From: Candidatus Nomurabacteria bacterium
GTDB lineage: Bacteria > Patescibacteriota > Minisyncoccia > Phycocordibacterales > UBA918
NCBI GenBank assembly: GCA_023898565.1
Contig: CP060228.1
Coordinates: 156,170 to 220,169, forward strand
Direction: 5' to 3'
Length of the DNA: 64,000 bases
Shown here: piece by piece, positions 20,801-28,711 of the stretch
Position numbering within the stretch: the stretch's first letter is position 1
How the letters are laid out: the number at the start of each line of letters is the position of its first letter
Position numbers and translations under genes: made by a program
The notes under the pieces: generated by a model
The model's input: the letters and a program-made list of their open reading frames with translations, nothing else
Databases searched by the model: none
Told to the model about the DNA's origin: nothing

Positions 20801-21054
20801 ACTTGATCAGCGCCAGTGAGTGATTCGGTCCATACTGCCGACGTAGTAGCCTGACTGGTGCTCTGCAACAACCAAAAACGCATGTTGTACGAACCATCAG
20901 GCACTGCCACTCCTGAACTGTCGGTAAGCTTACCTTGGTAATTAATTTGCTGATTTGGCTCAGCAGATACAAAACTTACCGCAACAAACAAAGCAAACAT
21001 GGCAAGACTCATTGCCCTGGTCACTTTCTTGATTGTCGAATAAGCTAAAAACAT
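14860..21054 (-). CDS. Giant secreted surface protein (2064 aa): repeated GIGTTSP.AKL motif region, parallel beta-helix (pectin-lyase fold) repeats, and an acidic disordered C-terminal tail
   Basis: It has a signal peptide (MSLAMFALFVAVSFVSAEP). A motif is repeated at least seven times: GRVGIGTTTMDRLLNV, GNVGIGTSTPTARLDV, GNVGIGTTSPYAKLSV, LGLGTASPGAMLDI, LGLGTSSPAAKLSV, GIGTTSPWARFSV and GRVGIGTTSPAAKLAI. A long run of NNxI(S/A)xN beta-helix rungs follows (NNNIAGIDIDGSSDVEVASNNISEN...NNVISNTGKGV...SNNKIENVGH...). The C-terminal roughly 200 aa are rich in Pro, Glu, Thr and Ser. Confidence 0.65.
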   Translation of the reverse strand: MFLAYSTIKKVTRAMSLAMFALFVAVSFVSAEPNQQINYQGKLTDSSGVAVPDGSYNMRFWLLQSTSQATTSAVWTESLTGADQVQVTNGLFSVMLGSTSPLTSVDFGQTLYLGVEIGGTGAPAWDGEMSPRKPLGAVPAAFESMKLGGVASSSFLRSDEADQMIANTFDGTPVLTIQQTRSIAPGDVLSLLDYNSNDLFTVTAAGRVGIGTTTMDRLLNVAGATNAGARFTDTTNEVKVDVRSEDFQGFLGTFSNHDLRLITNNTSRLTITSGGNVGIGTSTPTARLDVSGSIQTTSTSSHIYVNRYGAITDVNYIGITNDRAAFGYNGSTANTAIHGGSGKGIEFNVNSSVFGSGTAAVITPTGNVGIGTTSPYAKLSVAGDIALTGGVYDNNATRGTTGQVLQTTGAGVEWVATSSLGFLSDTSGDWVGTFDGQEGSYYIANSFSTTSANFWETQQTARTADNLTDNSIEELSDVAAMTKNYGDLFYWNGTAWADIATSSLGLGNGTFLGLSDTPGSYTSNAIPYVSGSALAFDSTFVYDGTNLGLGTASPGAMLDIFGAGNSLRLSYDGSNYAELSVDSSGILSLASTGGTGSGYTLGSGLAEDTFTLFDGNALDYYFGLDDSDDTFKLGTGSTVGANVIGAFTSATSTFNTAIVASTTATSTFTNGIALSGGCFQTADGNCLNTAGDTSVVVAASDSPAAEKAYADYVADGTSDEVEIQQAIDYVYANGGGGTVYLLAGNFEVSTSTAPGIAINMATNTQLIGQGVSTVIKLKDNNDLGDVVILRASSTPRVAISSLKIDGNQANQSSSQTAVYLSDSSSSTISELEVVNVDNYGADVNNSTDVLVINNKHIYGINVFLSSRIRIKNNNIAGIDIDGSSDVEVASNNISENWDGIAAYNSSRLSIQNNTMWASADSALYFENITYSNVANNVISNTGKGVTLTEESMYNVISSNQLSNLSAGIYFDAPYSYAPSHNIVSNNVIRNIFGSFVGANGIFLGWGASDNTISNNKIENVGHAAIAAYSRYGGNAANNVISNNQLYSIGLSGAHPAIDIAETTNIAIVANSIYSTSTYALIEIASGAVDTTLASNHFENPNSTNYIADASASTRYNEWDRTTITTDSARGYNLFSIIGSTTATSAAITQLGAGDILTLDNASGRVLTMTNSGNLGLGTSSPAAKLSVAGNTWLDSNVINFASSSASSLLLHYFTAATSTVVNGDSFAWTIATSSSVSPIFRIDTSGSYANTLISGGFDVNNGAISYNAATNQTTIENLALGNMKFEDDAGVVTWTDMGVTAGASVGTVESYTAAIDGNSLLTLYGESDGAGSVTDLAVGIGTTSPWARFSVLGDATDATKPLLTVASSTGDALFHITNAGRVGIGTTSPAAKLAIQNTAFSGAGVVGLDQYLETQNSVLSAVQYGNRFFLDANNTATTTIVGSMIRLRDDTTYGNTVRTLEVQANRGANTYGENTAISAFARTFGVRAVTTGEAGDTYEPAAGFFETEGTAQGNAIRAYTDTLTTASLLSLFQSSSTFAGTGLEMNFGNGTGSFSSSTSKYLDFQNGGASVFTVSAYGTTTIGDGTTNHLAGLQIGFGGICVDNDGSCTASTSGRITSVESLTGNSDLAEMYFSSTNLEPGEVVVLDGELSIDRAEQGSDMPVLGVVSTKPGLLLGFDDSSLRAGERGYPLALSGRVPVKLSTENGPIKRGDSLMLSSLPGVAMKATGTGATIGIALEDFDDARKYSETYLNQFGDDMVEPVYEPIYTNLDPRLDDGCYYGGGNAVGDEPCVPLSATTTQGQIDEANHIAEAESVAEQMDALRDERSETKRLADGTAVKVGRVVMFVDRSYRWFDDSQLASLGTLFSTSSIETVGDNEDETIFDRLVTLANNFVDGVLSVFTLKADKVETSELCVDGVCVTADDLRTMLNTNSSAPVSSNNSPVTGEGSESSEEGAVSEPPTEVLPPNSATSTDEVATTTEEPPAPVETATSSSETEAEQGVPVTEAGEGLGDEVVAENEENIVITEDESLEVPEPPAADTTEADPVSATEEVEAESPHSEDAV

Positions 21055-21056
21055 AC

Positions 21057-21779
21057 CTACATATTTGAAGACGATACAGGCACCCTTACAAAAGGCACTT
21101 CATTACCGACTTGATTACCGCTTGCGTCCACCGGAACAATCACTTGCGAACCATCAGAAAGACTTCGAACCTCTACTGTGTCGGAAAATAATCGTTCTGG
21201 TCGTTCTGTATTGAGCCCTGCCGGAAAAAGAATGATTCCATGATCAATCTCGCCGAGCGATGCTTGCGTAAATTGAGCCGTATCTTTCTGAGCCTGAGTC
21301 GCCGGCCGCTTTGCTTCTGAAACAACCGGACTTACTTGAGTCAACTGGGCCGATTGCTGTACGGTCACCTTGTCGGCAAGTGACACGTGAGCATTCGAGT
21401 GTTTTAGTTGGTACGCCCCTTGCCCCGCAAGCAAACCAACCCCGAGCACAAATGCAGCGGCAAAGGCAGCCCGTGCGTTAAGGGAATGTGCCTTTTTAAT
21501 CTGTAGGGTGCGACGTTCTTCAACAGCCTCACGCAACTGACGCTCACGCTTCCTCTCTTGACTTAAAATCTTTTTTCGTACCTCTTGCTCAAGCGCAGCG
21601 TTTTCTGCGTACGACTTGAGTGAAGCGAGATCGACAAACCACTGTCGACCGATGTAAGAAGCGACAACTTTACCTTCACGAGCGAGGCGCGTGATGTAAT
21701 CACGCGAATACGTTGTCGACCGAGCTGCTTCCTTGATTGGATGCAGTACTTTTCCATCAATCTCGAGTGAGCTATTCAT
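21057..21779 (-). CDS. Membrane-tethered HTH protein (N-terminal excisionase/MerR-like HTH_17 domain, coiled coil, single TM, extracytoplasmic C-domain)
   Basis: The N-terminus IKEAARSTTYSRDYITRLAREGKVVASYIGRQWFVDLASLKSY fits the HTH_17 pattern (EaA..lgvs..tvyRl...G.lpa.kiGrrwrv....L). It is followed by a charged helix, a TM segment AAFAAAFVLGVGLLAGQGAY, and a tail of about 115 aa. It lies 2 nt upstream of the giant protein gene. Confidence 0.5.
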   Translation of the reverse strand: MNSSLEIDGKVLHPIKEAARSTTYSRDYITRLAREGKVVASYIGRQWFVDLASLKSYAENAALEQEVRKKILSQERKRERQLREAVEERRTLQIKKAHSLNARAAFAAAFVLGVGLLAGQGAYQLKHSNAHVSLADKVTVQQSAQLTQVSPVVSEAKRPATQAQKDTAQFTQASLGEIDHGIILFPAGLNTERPERLFSDTVEVRSLSDGSQVIVPVDASGNQVGNEVPFVRVPVSSSNM

Positions 21780-21862
21780 ATCGATTTAACTTTAATTATA
21801 AAGCTGAATCGACTACTCGAAGAACGTTTATATGTGTATAACTTTTACTACATTAATCACTC

Positions 21863-22975
21863 TTATTGACGCAAAAAATCGAGCAGGCTCGCCATCTGAA
21901 AAACAAGTCGAGAGTCAGAATTATCGTTCGTAACCGTAACCTGGAGGCTACTTAAAAATAGCAACACAACAACCACCAGTGCCATAACCGTGGCAATAAC
22001 CGGCGAAAAAAGCACCAAGCTGCTTGTGCGATAACTGGCTTCATCCAAAGTAACTGATTTTGGCGAAAATGAAGAGACCATCTTTTTATCAGGAACAGTG
22101 CCTACAACGTGAGGAATTCCTTTTTCAAGACTTACCTTGGTCAAAAAGTCTCCCGTCGGTAGATTTGCTGGAGTTTCAGCCATTTGCGCCTCTTGAACAA
22201 GATTTGCACTGTTCCTTATTCTTTTAGTTTTTCCAACCTTGGCTAAAGCTGTGTCAGTGCCATGAACATTAACATCCAAAGACTCGGTACTTACAGGTTT
22301 ATCAGATATATCTTTATTTTTAAAGATATTTCGTCTATCTGATGCGACATCTGGTATTGTCTCCGCTGATAAATCAGGCGCAGCAAGAGTCGCTTCTGCA
22401 TCAGGATAGTCTAGAACAGGTATTTTACCTGATAAAGCTACCTCTGGCATCTCTGTTGGAGCAAATGATGACATATGGTGTGCACGGCTGCTCGATATAC
22501 CTAGCTTTTTAGACTCAGCAGGTTGGATGTGAATGTACTTGGGTGGTCTTGTCTCTCGCTTAGTAAGCGTTGGGATAAGATTGCCGTGATCCGGTTCGTA
22601 TGTGACACGCAAGCTGCGCCTGGCACCATGCTGGCGTAGTTGCTGATCGGCTAGAATTTTAAGGGTGGCCGACTTCAAAGGAGTACCGGCGACGCTGCGC
22701 TGTAGAGATGGTTGAACCTGAGTGTGAGTGATATTAGCTGACTCTTCCGCTACAAATTCTGTCTGCTGCGTAGCCTCTCTTTTTTGGTGCCGACCCGCTC
22801 TGTACTCATCCATCGAAAGCGGATTAACATACCAGGAACGACCAACCAACCTAGCATCAATTTTCTTGTTACGGCAGAGTTGACCAACATAATCTGCAGT
22901 ATACCGAAACCGCTTGGCAATAACTGAAGCCCGCACATACTCAATACCATCAAGAACCACCTTGTCCATGTCCAT
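21863..22975 (-). CDS. Membrane-tethered HTH protein, paralog (HTH_17-like N-domain, long Ser/Thr/Pro linker, C-terminal TM)
   Basis: The N-terminus LDGIEYVRASVIAKRFRYTADYVGQLCRNKKIDARLVGRSWYVNPLSMDEY is paralogous to the 21057..21779 N-domain (GR.W[FY]V. motif). The TM segment VLFSPVIATVMALVVVVLLFL lies near the C-terminus. It is the first gene of the surface operon. Confidence 0.5.
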   Translation of the reverse strand: MDMDKVVLDGIEYVRASVIAKRFRYTADYVGQLCRNKKIDARLVGRSWYVNPLSMDEYRAGRHQKREATQQTEFVAEESANITHTQVQPSLQRSVAGTPLKSATLKILADQQLRQHGARRSLRVTYEPDHGNLIPTLTKRETRPPKYIHIQPAESKKLGISSSRAHHMSSFAPTEMPEVALSGKIPVLDYPDAEATLAAPDLSAETIPDVASDRRNIFKNKDISDKPVSTESLDVNVHGTDTALAKVGKTKRIRNSANLVQEAQMAETPANLPTGDFLTKVSLEKGIPHVVGTVPDKKMVSSFSPKSVTLDEASYRTSSLVLFSPVIATVMALVVVVLLFLSSLQVTVTNDNSDSRLVFQMASLLDFLRQ

Positions 22976-22984
22976 ATTTTAACA

Positions 22985-23020
22985 GAGAAAAAAATAATAC
23001 ACCTCTACTTAAGGTGTATT
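22985..23020 (-). terminator. Rho-independent terminator downstream of gatB
   Basis: The stem aatacacct / aggtgtatt (22996-23004 / 23012-23020) has loop ctactta. On the minus-strand RNA it is followed by auuuuuuucuc. Confidence 0.5.
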
Positions 23021-23045
23021 ACTTTCCAGCCTAGACGAGAAAAGC

Positions 23046-24455
23046 TTATTTTAAAGCCTTTTCCAGCAAACTTTTTAGTACCGCAGGATTGGCAGCGCCA
23101 CGTGTTTTTTTCATGCCCTGTCCAAGCAAGTACTGTAGAGCAGCCGCTTTACCCGCACGATATTCAGCCGCAACAGTTTCGTTCTCAGTGATAATTTCAG
23201 CAATAACTGACTCTAGTGATGCAGTATCAGAAACTTGTAGTAAGCCTTTATTCTCGGCGAGTACCTGCGGTGACACCTCAGATCCAAAAAGTTCCGGCAA
23301 CAAATCCTTCGCTACACGAGAATTTATTTCGCCTGCACTTATCATATGCATAAGAGAAGCGAAATCAGCGACTTTGAGATCTGATAAGTGTCGATCTCCT
23401 GCAGACAGAATTGAAACCACATCTGAAGTGAGGTAGTTTGCTGAAAGCTTGAGTATTGATTCAGATTGCCCCACTTCAGTGATAAGCAAGGAAAAGTAAT
23501 CGTCAAGGTTTTTATCGGATATAATTACCTCTACTTGATCACTCGGTAATCCGAGATTTTTATAATCTAGCCTTTTTTTACTTGGTAAAATAGGCATTTT
23601 CTCGGATAGACGATTTGAAGAAAACTCAGCATGTTCAGCCACGTTAATCTTTGGAATATCAGGATCTGGGAAGTAGCGGTAATCTTTGGCGGTCTCTTTT
23701 GAACGCTGACTAAATGTCTTGCTACGGTTCTCATCCCACCCCCGTGTCTCCTGCACTACTTTCCCTCCCTTTTCCAAAAGCTCAATCTGTCGAGCAATCT
23801 CGTACTGTATCGCTGCTTCAACTGATTTAAACGAGTTGAGGTTTTTCACTTCAACTTTAGTGCCAAAATGTTCATTAGGACTGACAGATATATTTGCCTC
23901 AACACGCATTTCCCCTCGTTCCATATTGGCATCAGAAATACCAAGTGTCCGAAGCAAAAGCTGTAACTCGCGTGCAAACTTTCCGGCAGTCGCAGCATCG
24001 TGAATGACTGGCTCCGTAACGAGCTCCATGAGCGGCACACCTGACCGGTTGAAGTCAACCAGACTTCCCTCACCCTTATCATGTTGACTGCGAGCAGTAT
24101 CTTCTTCCAAATGTACTCGAGTGAGCTCAACCTCTTCTAGCGAGCCACCACTCAAGAACGGGTAAGCATACTGACTGATTTGGTACGCTTTGGGAATGTC
24201 TGGATAGAAGTAATTTTTTCGGTCAAACTCTGAGTATGTCGCTGGCGTTGCACCAACCGCTTGACCAAACATGAGAACCATCTCAATCGCCTGCTCATTA
24301 GGAACCGGCAGTGTACCTGGGTGTGCCAAGCATACTGGACAAACATTCGTATTAGGTTCATTGTCATGTGGAGCGTTTTTGCAACCACAAAACATTTTAC
24401 TAGCGGTCTTTAGTTCGGCATGAACTTCAAGACCAATTGTCGGGGTGTAAGACAT
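23046..24455 (-). CDS. gatB: Asp-tRNA(Asn)/Glu-tRNA(Gln) amidotransferase subunit B
   Basis: The start was trimmed to MSYTPTIGLEVHAELKTASKMFCGCKN (ATG whose complement is cat at 24453-24455). GatB motifs extend along the full length, including the C-terminal YqeY-like domain. Confidence 0.9.
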   Translation of the reverse strand: MSYTPTIGLEVHAELKTASKMFCGCKNAPHDNEPNTNVCPVCLAHPGTLPVPNEQAIEMVLMFGQAVGATPATYSEFDRKNYFYPDIPKAYQISQYAYPFLSGGSLEEVELTRVHLEEDTARSQHDKGEGSLVDFNRSGVPLMELVTEPVIHDAATAGKFARELQLLLRTLGISDANMERGEMRVEANISVSPNEHFGTKVEVKNLNSFKSVEAAIQYEIARQIELLEKGGKVVQETRGWDENRSKTFSQRSKETAKDYRYFPDPDIPKINVAEHAEFSSNRLSEKMPILPSKKRLDYKNLGLPSDQVEVIISDKNLDDYFSLLITEVGQSESILKLSANYLTSDVVSILSAGDRHLSDLKVADFASLMHMISAGEINSRVAKDLLPELFGSEVSPQVLAENKGLLQVSDTASLESVIAEIITENETVAAEYRAGKAAALQYLLGQGMKKTRGAANPAVLKSLLEKALK

Positions 24456-24593
24456 GGGTTTCAACAGATATTTAGCTACTAAGTCTGTGCTCCACATTGT
24501 ACGGACAGACTCTTCAACTGACAAGCTGGCGCGCAGACTCACCAACAAACAGCTGCGTTTTGCAAACAGTGTGTTTTGAGTAGAATTCAAACG

Positions 24594-25568
24594 CTACCGT
24601 GAGCGAGATTGCAGATGCTGCATCAATGTATCTTGCAGTTTTTTGTAGGAATCAGGGTCATTTTGACCAACAACAAGAACACGTTTCTCATTTTTTTCAA
24701 GTCTTTTACAGACATCTCCAATATGATCTTGATTTACAAGGTCTTTTTTACTCAAAATTATCCATTCCTCCTTCTCTAGTAAACCATCTCCGTACTTAGA
24801 TAGCTCTTCACGAATGGCATAATACTCAGAGACAGGGTCTTCGTGCTCAAGCGAAACCACATGAAGGAGCATCTTTGTGCGTGATACGTGACGTAGAAAC
24901 TTATGACCAAGACCTTTTCCGTCAGCGGCGCCACTGATAAGACCTGGGATGTCTGCCAAGACAAAACCATACAACTCACCCAAGTGAGGCTCCAGTGTGG
25001 TAAATGGATACGCGCCAACACGAGACTGCGCATTGGTAAGTGAATTGATGAGCGTAGACTTACCAGCATTTGGCAATCCAACAAACCCAACATCAACTAT
25101 CAGTGCGACCTCGATTAAGAAATTTCCTTCTTCGCCAGGACGACCTTTGGTCGCTTCCTCTGGAGATCGATTTGTTGCGGACTTAAAGTGCTCATTGCCA
25201 AGTCCGCCACCGCCACCTTTTAAAATACGCTCTGTCTGCCCCACATCAGTCACTTCAAATACTCGCCGACGGTCAATGTCAGTAATTTTAGACCCAACGG
25301 GCACGTCAATGAATAAATCTTCGCCGTCTTTACCCTCACGGCTATTGTTGGCGCCAGCAGCGCCAGCCTCCGCCACGAATGACTTATTCCCCGTATATTT
25401 AGCAAGGCGATTAAGGTCTTTTACTGCGCGCACAAAAACATCACCGCCGCGTCCGCCGTTGCCACCAGCTGGCCCTGCCATTGGCTTAAATTTTTCATGA
25501 CGCCAGCGAACAACGCCGTTACCGCCGTTGCCTGCTTTTGCGTAAATTGTAATTTCATCAACAAACAT
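24594..25568 (-). CDS. obg: GTPase Obg/CgtA
   Basis: MFVDEITIYAKAGNGGNGVVRWRHEKF...GGNGGRGGDV is the Obg fold. The G-domain has GLPNAGKST and DIPGLI. The protein is 324 aa. Confidence 0.9.
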   Translation of the reverse strand: MFVDEITIYAKAGNGGNGVVRWRHEKFKPMAGPAGGNGGRGGDVFVRAVKDLNRLAKYTGNKSFVAEAGAAGANNSREGKDGEDLFIDVPVGSKITDIDRRRVFEVTDVGQTERILKGGGGGLGNEHFKSATNRSPEEATKGRPGEEGNFLIEVALIVDVGFVGLPNAGKSTLINSLTNAQSRVGAYPFTTLEPHLGELYGFVLADIPGLISGAADGKGLGHKFLRHVSRTKMLLHVVSLEHEDPVSEYYAIREELSKYGDGLLEKEEWIILSKKDLVNQDHIGDVCKRLEKNEKRVLVVGQNDPDSYKKLQDTLMQHLQSRSR

Positions 25569-25640
25569 ACTGTTTTGAGTTTCAAAACAGTACCTTACTT
25601 AGGCAAAATATGCAATTAAAATACGGTTTGGCTAGACTCC

Positions 25641-25991
25641 TTAGCGAGTGGTACTTTTGCCAATCCAGCGACTACCAACAGTACTCACCACACTCATAAG
25701 AAGTGACCCTAGAAGCGCATACCAGAAACCATCAACAGCAAACCCTTCGATGAACGAAGCTGCGAACAAAAACAGCAGCGCATTCAATACAAAAGCGAAC
25801 AGGCCAAGAGTGATGACCGTGATTGGTAGTGTCAGAACAAAAAGAATTGGCTTGATAATCGCATTTAAAAGACCGAGAATGATGGCAGCAATAAGTGCTG
25901 CGTAAAAATCGTCGACATGAATGCCTGCTACAAAATTCGCGATACACAGCAAGCCAAGTGCGTTAAACAGAAGTCTTAGAATAAGAGTCAT
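25641..25991 (-). CDS. DUF360 / Phage_holin_4_2-family four-TM membrane protein
   Basis: At 116 aa it has a duplicated pattern: ...GIHVDDFYAALIAAIILGLLNAIIKPILFVLTLPITVITLGLFAFVLNALLF...GFAVDGFWYALLGSLL. Confidence 0.55.
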   Translation of the reverse strand: MTLILRLLFNALGLLCIANFVAGIHVDDFYAALIAAIILGLLNAIIKPILFVLTLPITVITLGLFAFVLNALLFLFAASFIEGFAVDGFWYALLGSLLMSVVSTVGSRWIGKSTTR

Positions 25992-26029
25992 AGAAGCACA
26001 TTGTAAACTGCATTTACTATTTGAACAAC

Positions 26030-26057
26030 AAAAAAATCCCTCGCGGGATCTTTTTTG
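26030..26057 (-). terminator. Putative terminator downstream of secA
   Basis: aaaaaaatccc-tcgc-gggatctttttt is an imperfect AT-extended stem with one mismatch and U-tracts on both strands. Confidence 0.4.
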
Positions 26058-26065
26058 ACTAACTG

Positions 26066-28585
26066 CTACTTAACTAATTTCCACCCTTCTGCCAAGAGCG
26101 GTTCAGCTTTTTTAAATTTGAGCTCTTGTGTCTCTGAGCCATTGGTGATAGTTACCACATCATTACGACTGTGCGTCTTATTGGCCACAACCGGTGCGCG
26201 TTTCTTGCTCTGCGATTCTACTGTCTCACCAGCTGATTGCTGCGCAACTTCAGCTTCATGCTTTCGTTCTTCTTCTTCCTTGGCTACCACTTGTGGCTGA
26301 ATGCGTGGCAATACTTCTGAAAGTCGCACGAAGAGAGCTTGTTGCATTTCCTTGAAGAGACGAGTGCCCTCCTTGCGATATTCAATCAGCGGGTCACGCT
26401 GTCCGTAGGCACGCAAACTCACACTTGAGCGCGTATAACCCATAACTTCAAGATGTTCCACCCAGAGCATATCGATCATTTGGAGCGTGAGGCGACGAAA
26501 CACATCAGTGAAAACTTCAGCACCGAATTCTTGTTTCTTAGCCACAACCACTGCCTCTAACTCCGGGAACTCGTCAGTGAATTCCTCCATAACACTCTCC
26601 ACTTCGGCCGGTTCACCAGTGAGCAGTTTGCGTCGACGAGCATAAATAGCCTGGCGCTGCACATTGAGTACATCATCGTAGGCAAGCACCTGCTTACGAG
26701 CATCAAAGTGGAACCCTTCGATCTTAGACTGAGCGCTCTCTAACGTGCGGGAAATCATACCCATTTCAATTGGCTGATCTTCGGGAATCTTAAACGTACC
26801 CATGAGGCTTTTCACTCGATCGCCACCAAAGACACGCATAAGCGAGTCATCCATTGAAACGAAGAACTGGGTTTCACCAGGGTCTCCCTGACGACCAGAA
26901 CGACCACGTAGCTGGTTGTCGATTCGACGTGCCTCGTGACGCTCAGTACCGAGCACAAAAAGCCCACCAAGTTCTTTCACCTTTTTCGCCTCATCCTTGG
27001 ACGCATCAGGTCCACCAAGCTTAATGTCGACACCGCGACCCGCCATGTTGGTAGCGAGCGTCACCGCACCTGGGCGACCAGCTGCCGCGATAATCTCACC
27101 TTCATGTTCGTGGTTCTTTGCGTTAAGCATTTCGTGCTTAATACTAGCAGTAGCAAGCGCCGCTGAGAGACGTTCGTTTGACTCAATTGAAGCAGTACCA
27201 ATCAAAATTGGCTGACCCTTGGCATGCACCTCTTTCACTTTTTCAATAATCGCTGCGAACTTACCTTTTTCGTTCTGATAGATGAGGTCGTTACGATCAA
27301 TACGTTGCACCTCACGATTAGTTGGTACCGGAATTACTTCAAGCTTGTACACCGTATAAAACTCCTCTTGTGAAGTCATCGCCGTACCGGTCATGCCTGA
27401 CAACTTATCATACATACGGAAGTAATTTTGATACGTAATAGACGCAAACGTTTTTGACTCTTTCTGAATCTGTACAGACTCCTTGGCTTCAACCGCTTGA
27501 TGCAAGCCGTCAGACCAACGTCGACCAGGCTGCAAACGACCAGTAAACTCGTCGACAATAACTACTTCACCATCACGCACCACATATTCCTTATCGCGGG
27601 TAAAGAGAGCTTTCGCACGAACAGCTGTCTCAAGATGATGTACATACTTAAGACCTTTCTCGGTATAAATATTTTCAATGCCGAGCATCTTTTCAGCCGC
27701 CTCAATCCCTGCATCAGTGAGCGTTGCACTCTTGTGCTTCTCGTCAACAGTGAAGTGCTCTTCGATATTTAGTCGTGCGGCAATGGTGGCAAAGGTTGGA
27801 TATAGATTCTCTGTGTCTGAAGCCGGTGCAGAAATAATAAGCGGGGTACGAGCCTCATCAATCAGGATGGAGTCAATCTCGTCGATAATGGCATACGCAT
27901 GGTGCGGTTGGCGTAACTTTGCTGCGTCGTACTCAATGTTGTCGCGCAAGAAATCAAAGCCGAACTCGCTGTTGGTACCATACGTAATGTCGGCAGCATA
28001 CGCCTCTTGACGCGTACATGGACGAAGAAACTCATGTACCACCTTGTATGAACCTTTTTCATCACGCTCAGCATCCTTCTCCTGATGCTCAGGGTCGTAG
28101 AGATACGACTCTTCATGATTTACAATACCAACACTGAGTCCGAGCTTGTTGTACACCTGACCCATCCACACCGCATCACGGCGCGCAAGGTAATCATTAA
28201 CGGTTACCACATGAACACCCTTGCCAGTGAGTGCATTGAGCGTCGCTGGCAGCGTTGCTACCAATGTTTTACCTTCACCCGTACGCATTTCGGTAATTTT
28301 CCCGCGGTGCAAGATAACACCACCAATGAGCTGCACATCGTAATGACGCATACCCTGTGTACGCTTAGCCGCCTCTCGCACCAGTGCAAACACATCAGGT
28401 AAAACCGCATCCAAATCGTCTGGACCGGATACTTTTGCTTTGTTTGCTTGCAAACGAGACACTAACTCATCATCAGACAACGCAGCGATTGCCTCCTCTC
28501 GACTATTAACATCAGCGACAATTGGCTTGATTGCCTTTAGTTCCTTTTCGTACGTAGGACCGAAAAATCTATCCAAAAATGACAT
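26066..28585 (-). CDS. secA: Preprotein translocase ATPase SecA
   Basis: The start was trimmed to MSFLDRFFGPTYEKELKAIKPIV (ATG whose complement is cat at 28583-28585). It has DEAD motor, PPXD and HWD/HSD regions throughout, for example GEGKTLVATLPATLNALTGKGVHVVTVNDYLARRD. Confidence 0.95.
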   Translation of the reverse strand: MSFLDRFFGPTYEKELKAIKPIVADVNSREEAIAALSDDELVSRLQANKAKVSGPDDLDAVLPDVFALVREAAKRTQGMRHYDVQLIGGVILHRGKITEMRTGEGKTLVATLPATLNALTGKGVHVVTVNDYLARRDAVWMGQVYNKLGLSVGIVNHEESYLYDPEHQEKDAERDEKGSYKVVHEFLRPCTRQEAYAADITYGTNSEFGFDFLRDNIEYDAAKLRQPHHAYAIIDEIDSILIDEARTPLIISAPASDTENLYPTFATIAARLNIEEHFTVDEKHKSATLTDAGIEAAEKMLGIENIYTEKGLKYVHHLETAVRAKALFTRDKEYVVRDGEVVIVDEFTGRLQPGRRWSDGLHQAVEAKESVQIQKESKTFASITYQNYFRMYDKLSGMTGTAMTSQEEFYTVYKLEVIPVPTNREVQRIDRNDLIYQNEKGKFAAIIEKVKEVHAKGQPILIGTASIESNERLSAALATASIKHEMLNAKNHEHEGEIIAAAGRPGAVTLATNMAGRGVDIKLGGPDASKDEAKKVKELGGLFVLGTERHEARRIDNQLRGRSGRQGDPGETQFFVSMDDSLMRVFGGDRVKSLMGTFKIPEDQPIEMGMISRTLESAQSKIEGFHFDARKQVLAYDDVLNVQRQAIYARRRKLLTGEPAEVESVMEEFTDEFPELEAVVVAKKQEFGAEVFTDVFRRLTLQMIDMLWVEHLEVMGYTRSSVSLRAYGQRDPLIEYRKEGTRLFKEMQQALFVRLSEVLPRIQPQVVAKEEEERKHEAEVAQQSAGETVESQSKKRAPVVANKTHSRNDVVTITNGSETQELKFKKAEPLLAEGWKLVK

Positions 28586-28711
28586 AATGGGCGTAGTATA
28601 GCGCAATCTGACCAAAGATAAAGGCTTCTACTATTGCACTACGCAAAATCGCCCCAAAGGGCGATTATGCAATAAGTCGAACACGGAGGTGACGAACACC
28701 GTCCGTCCTAA

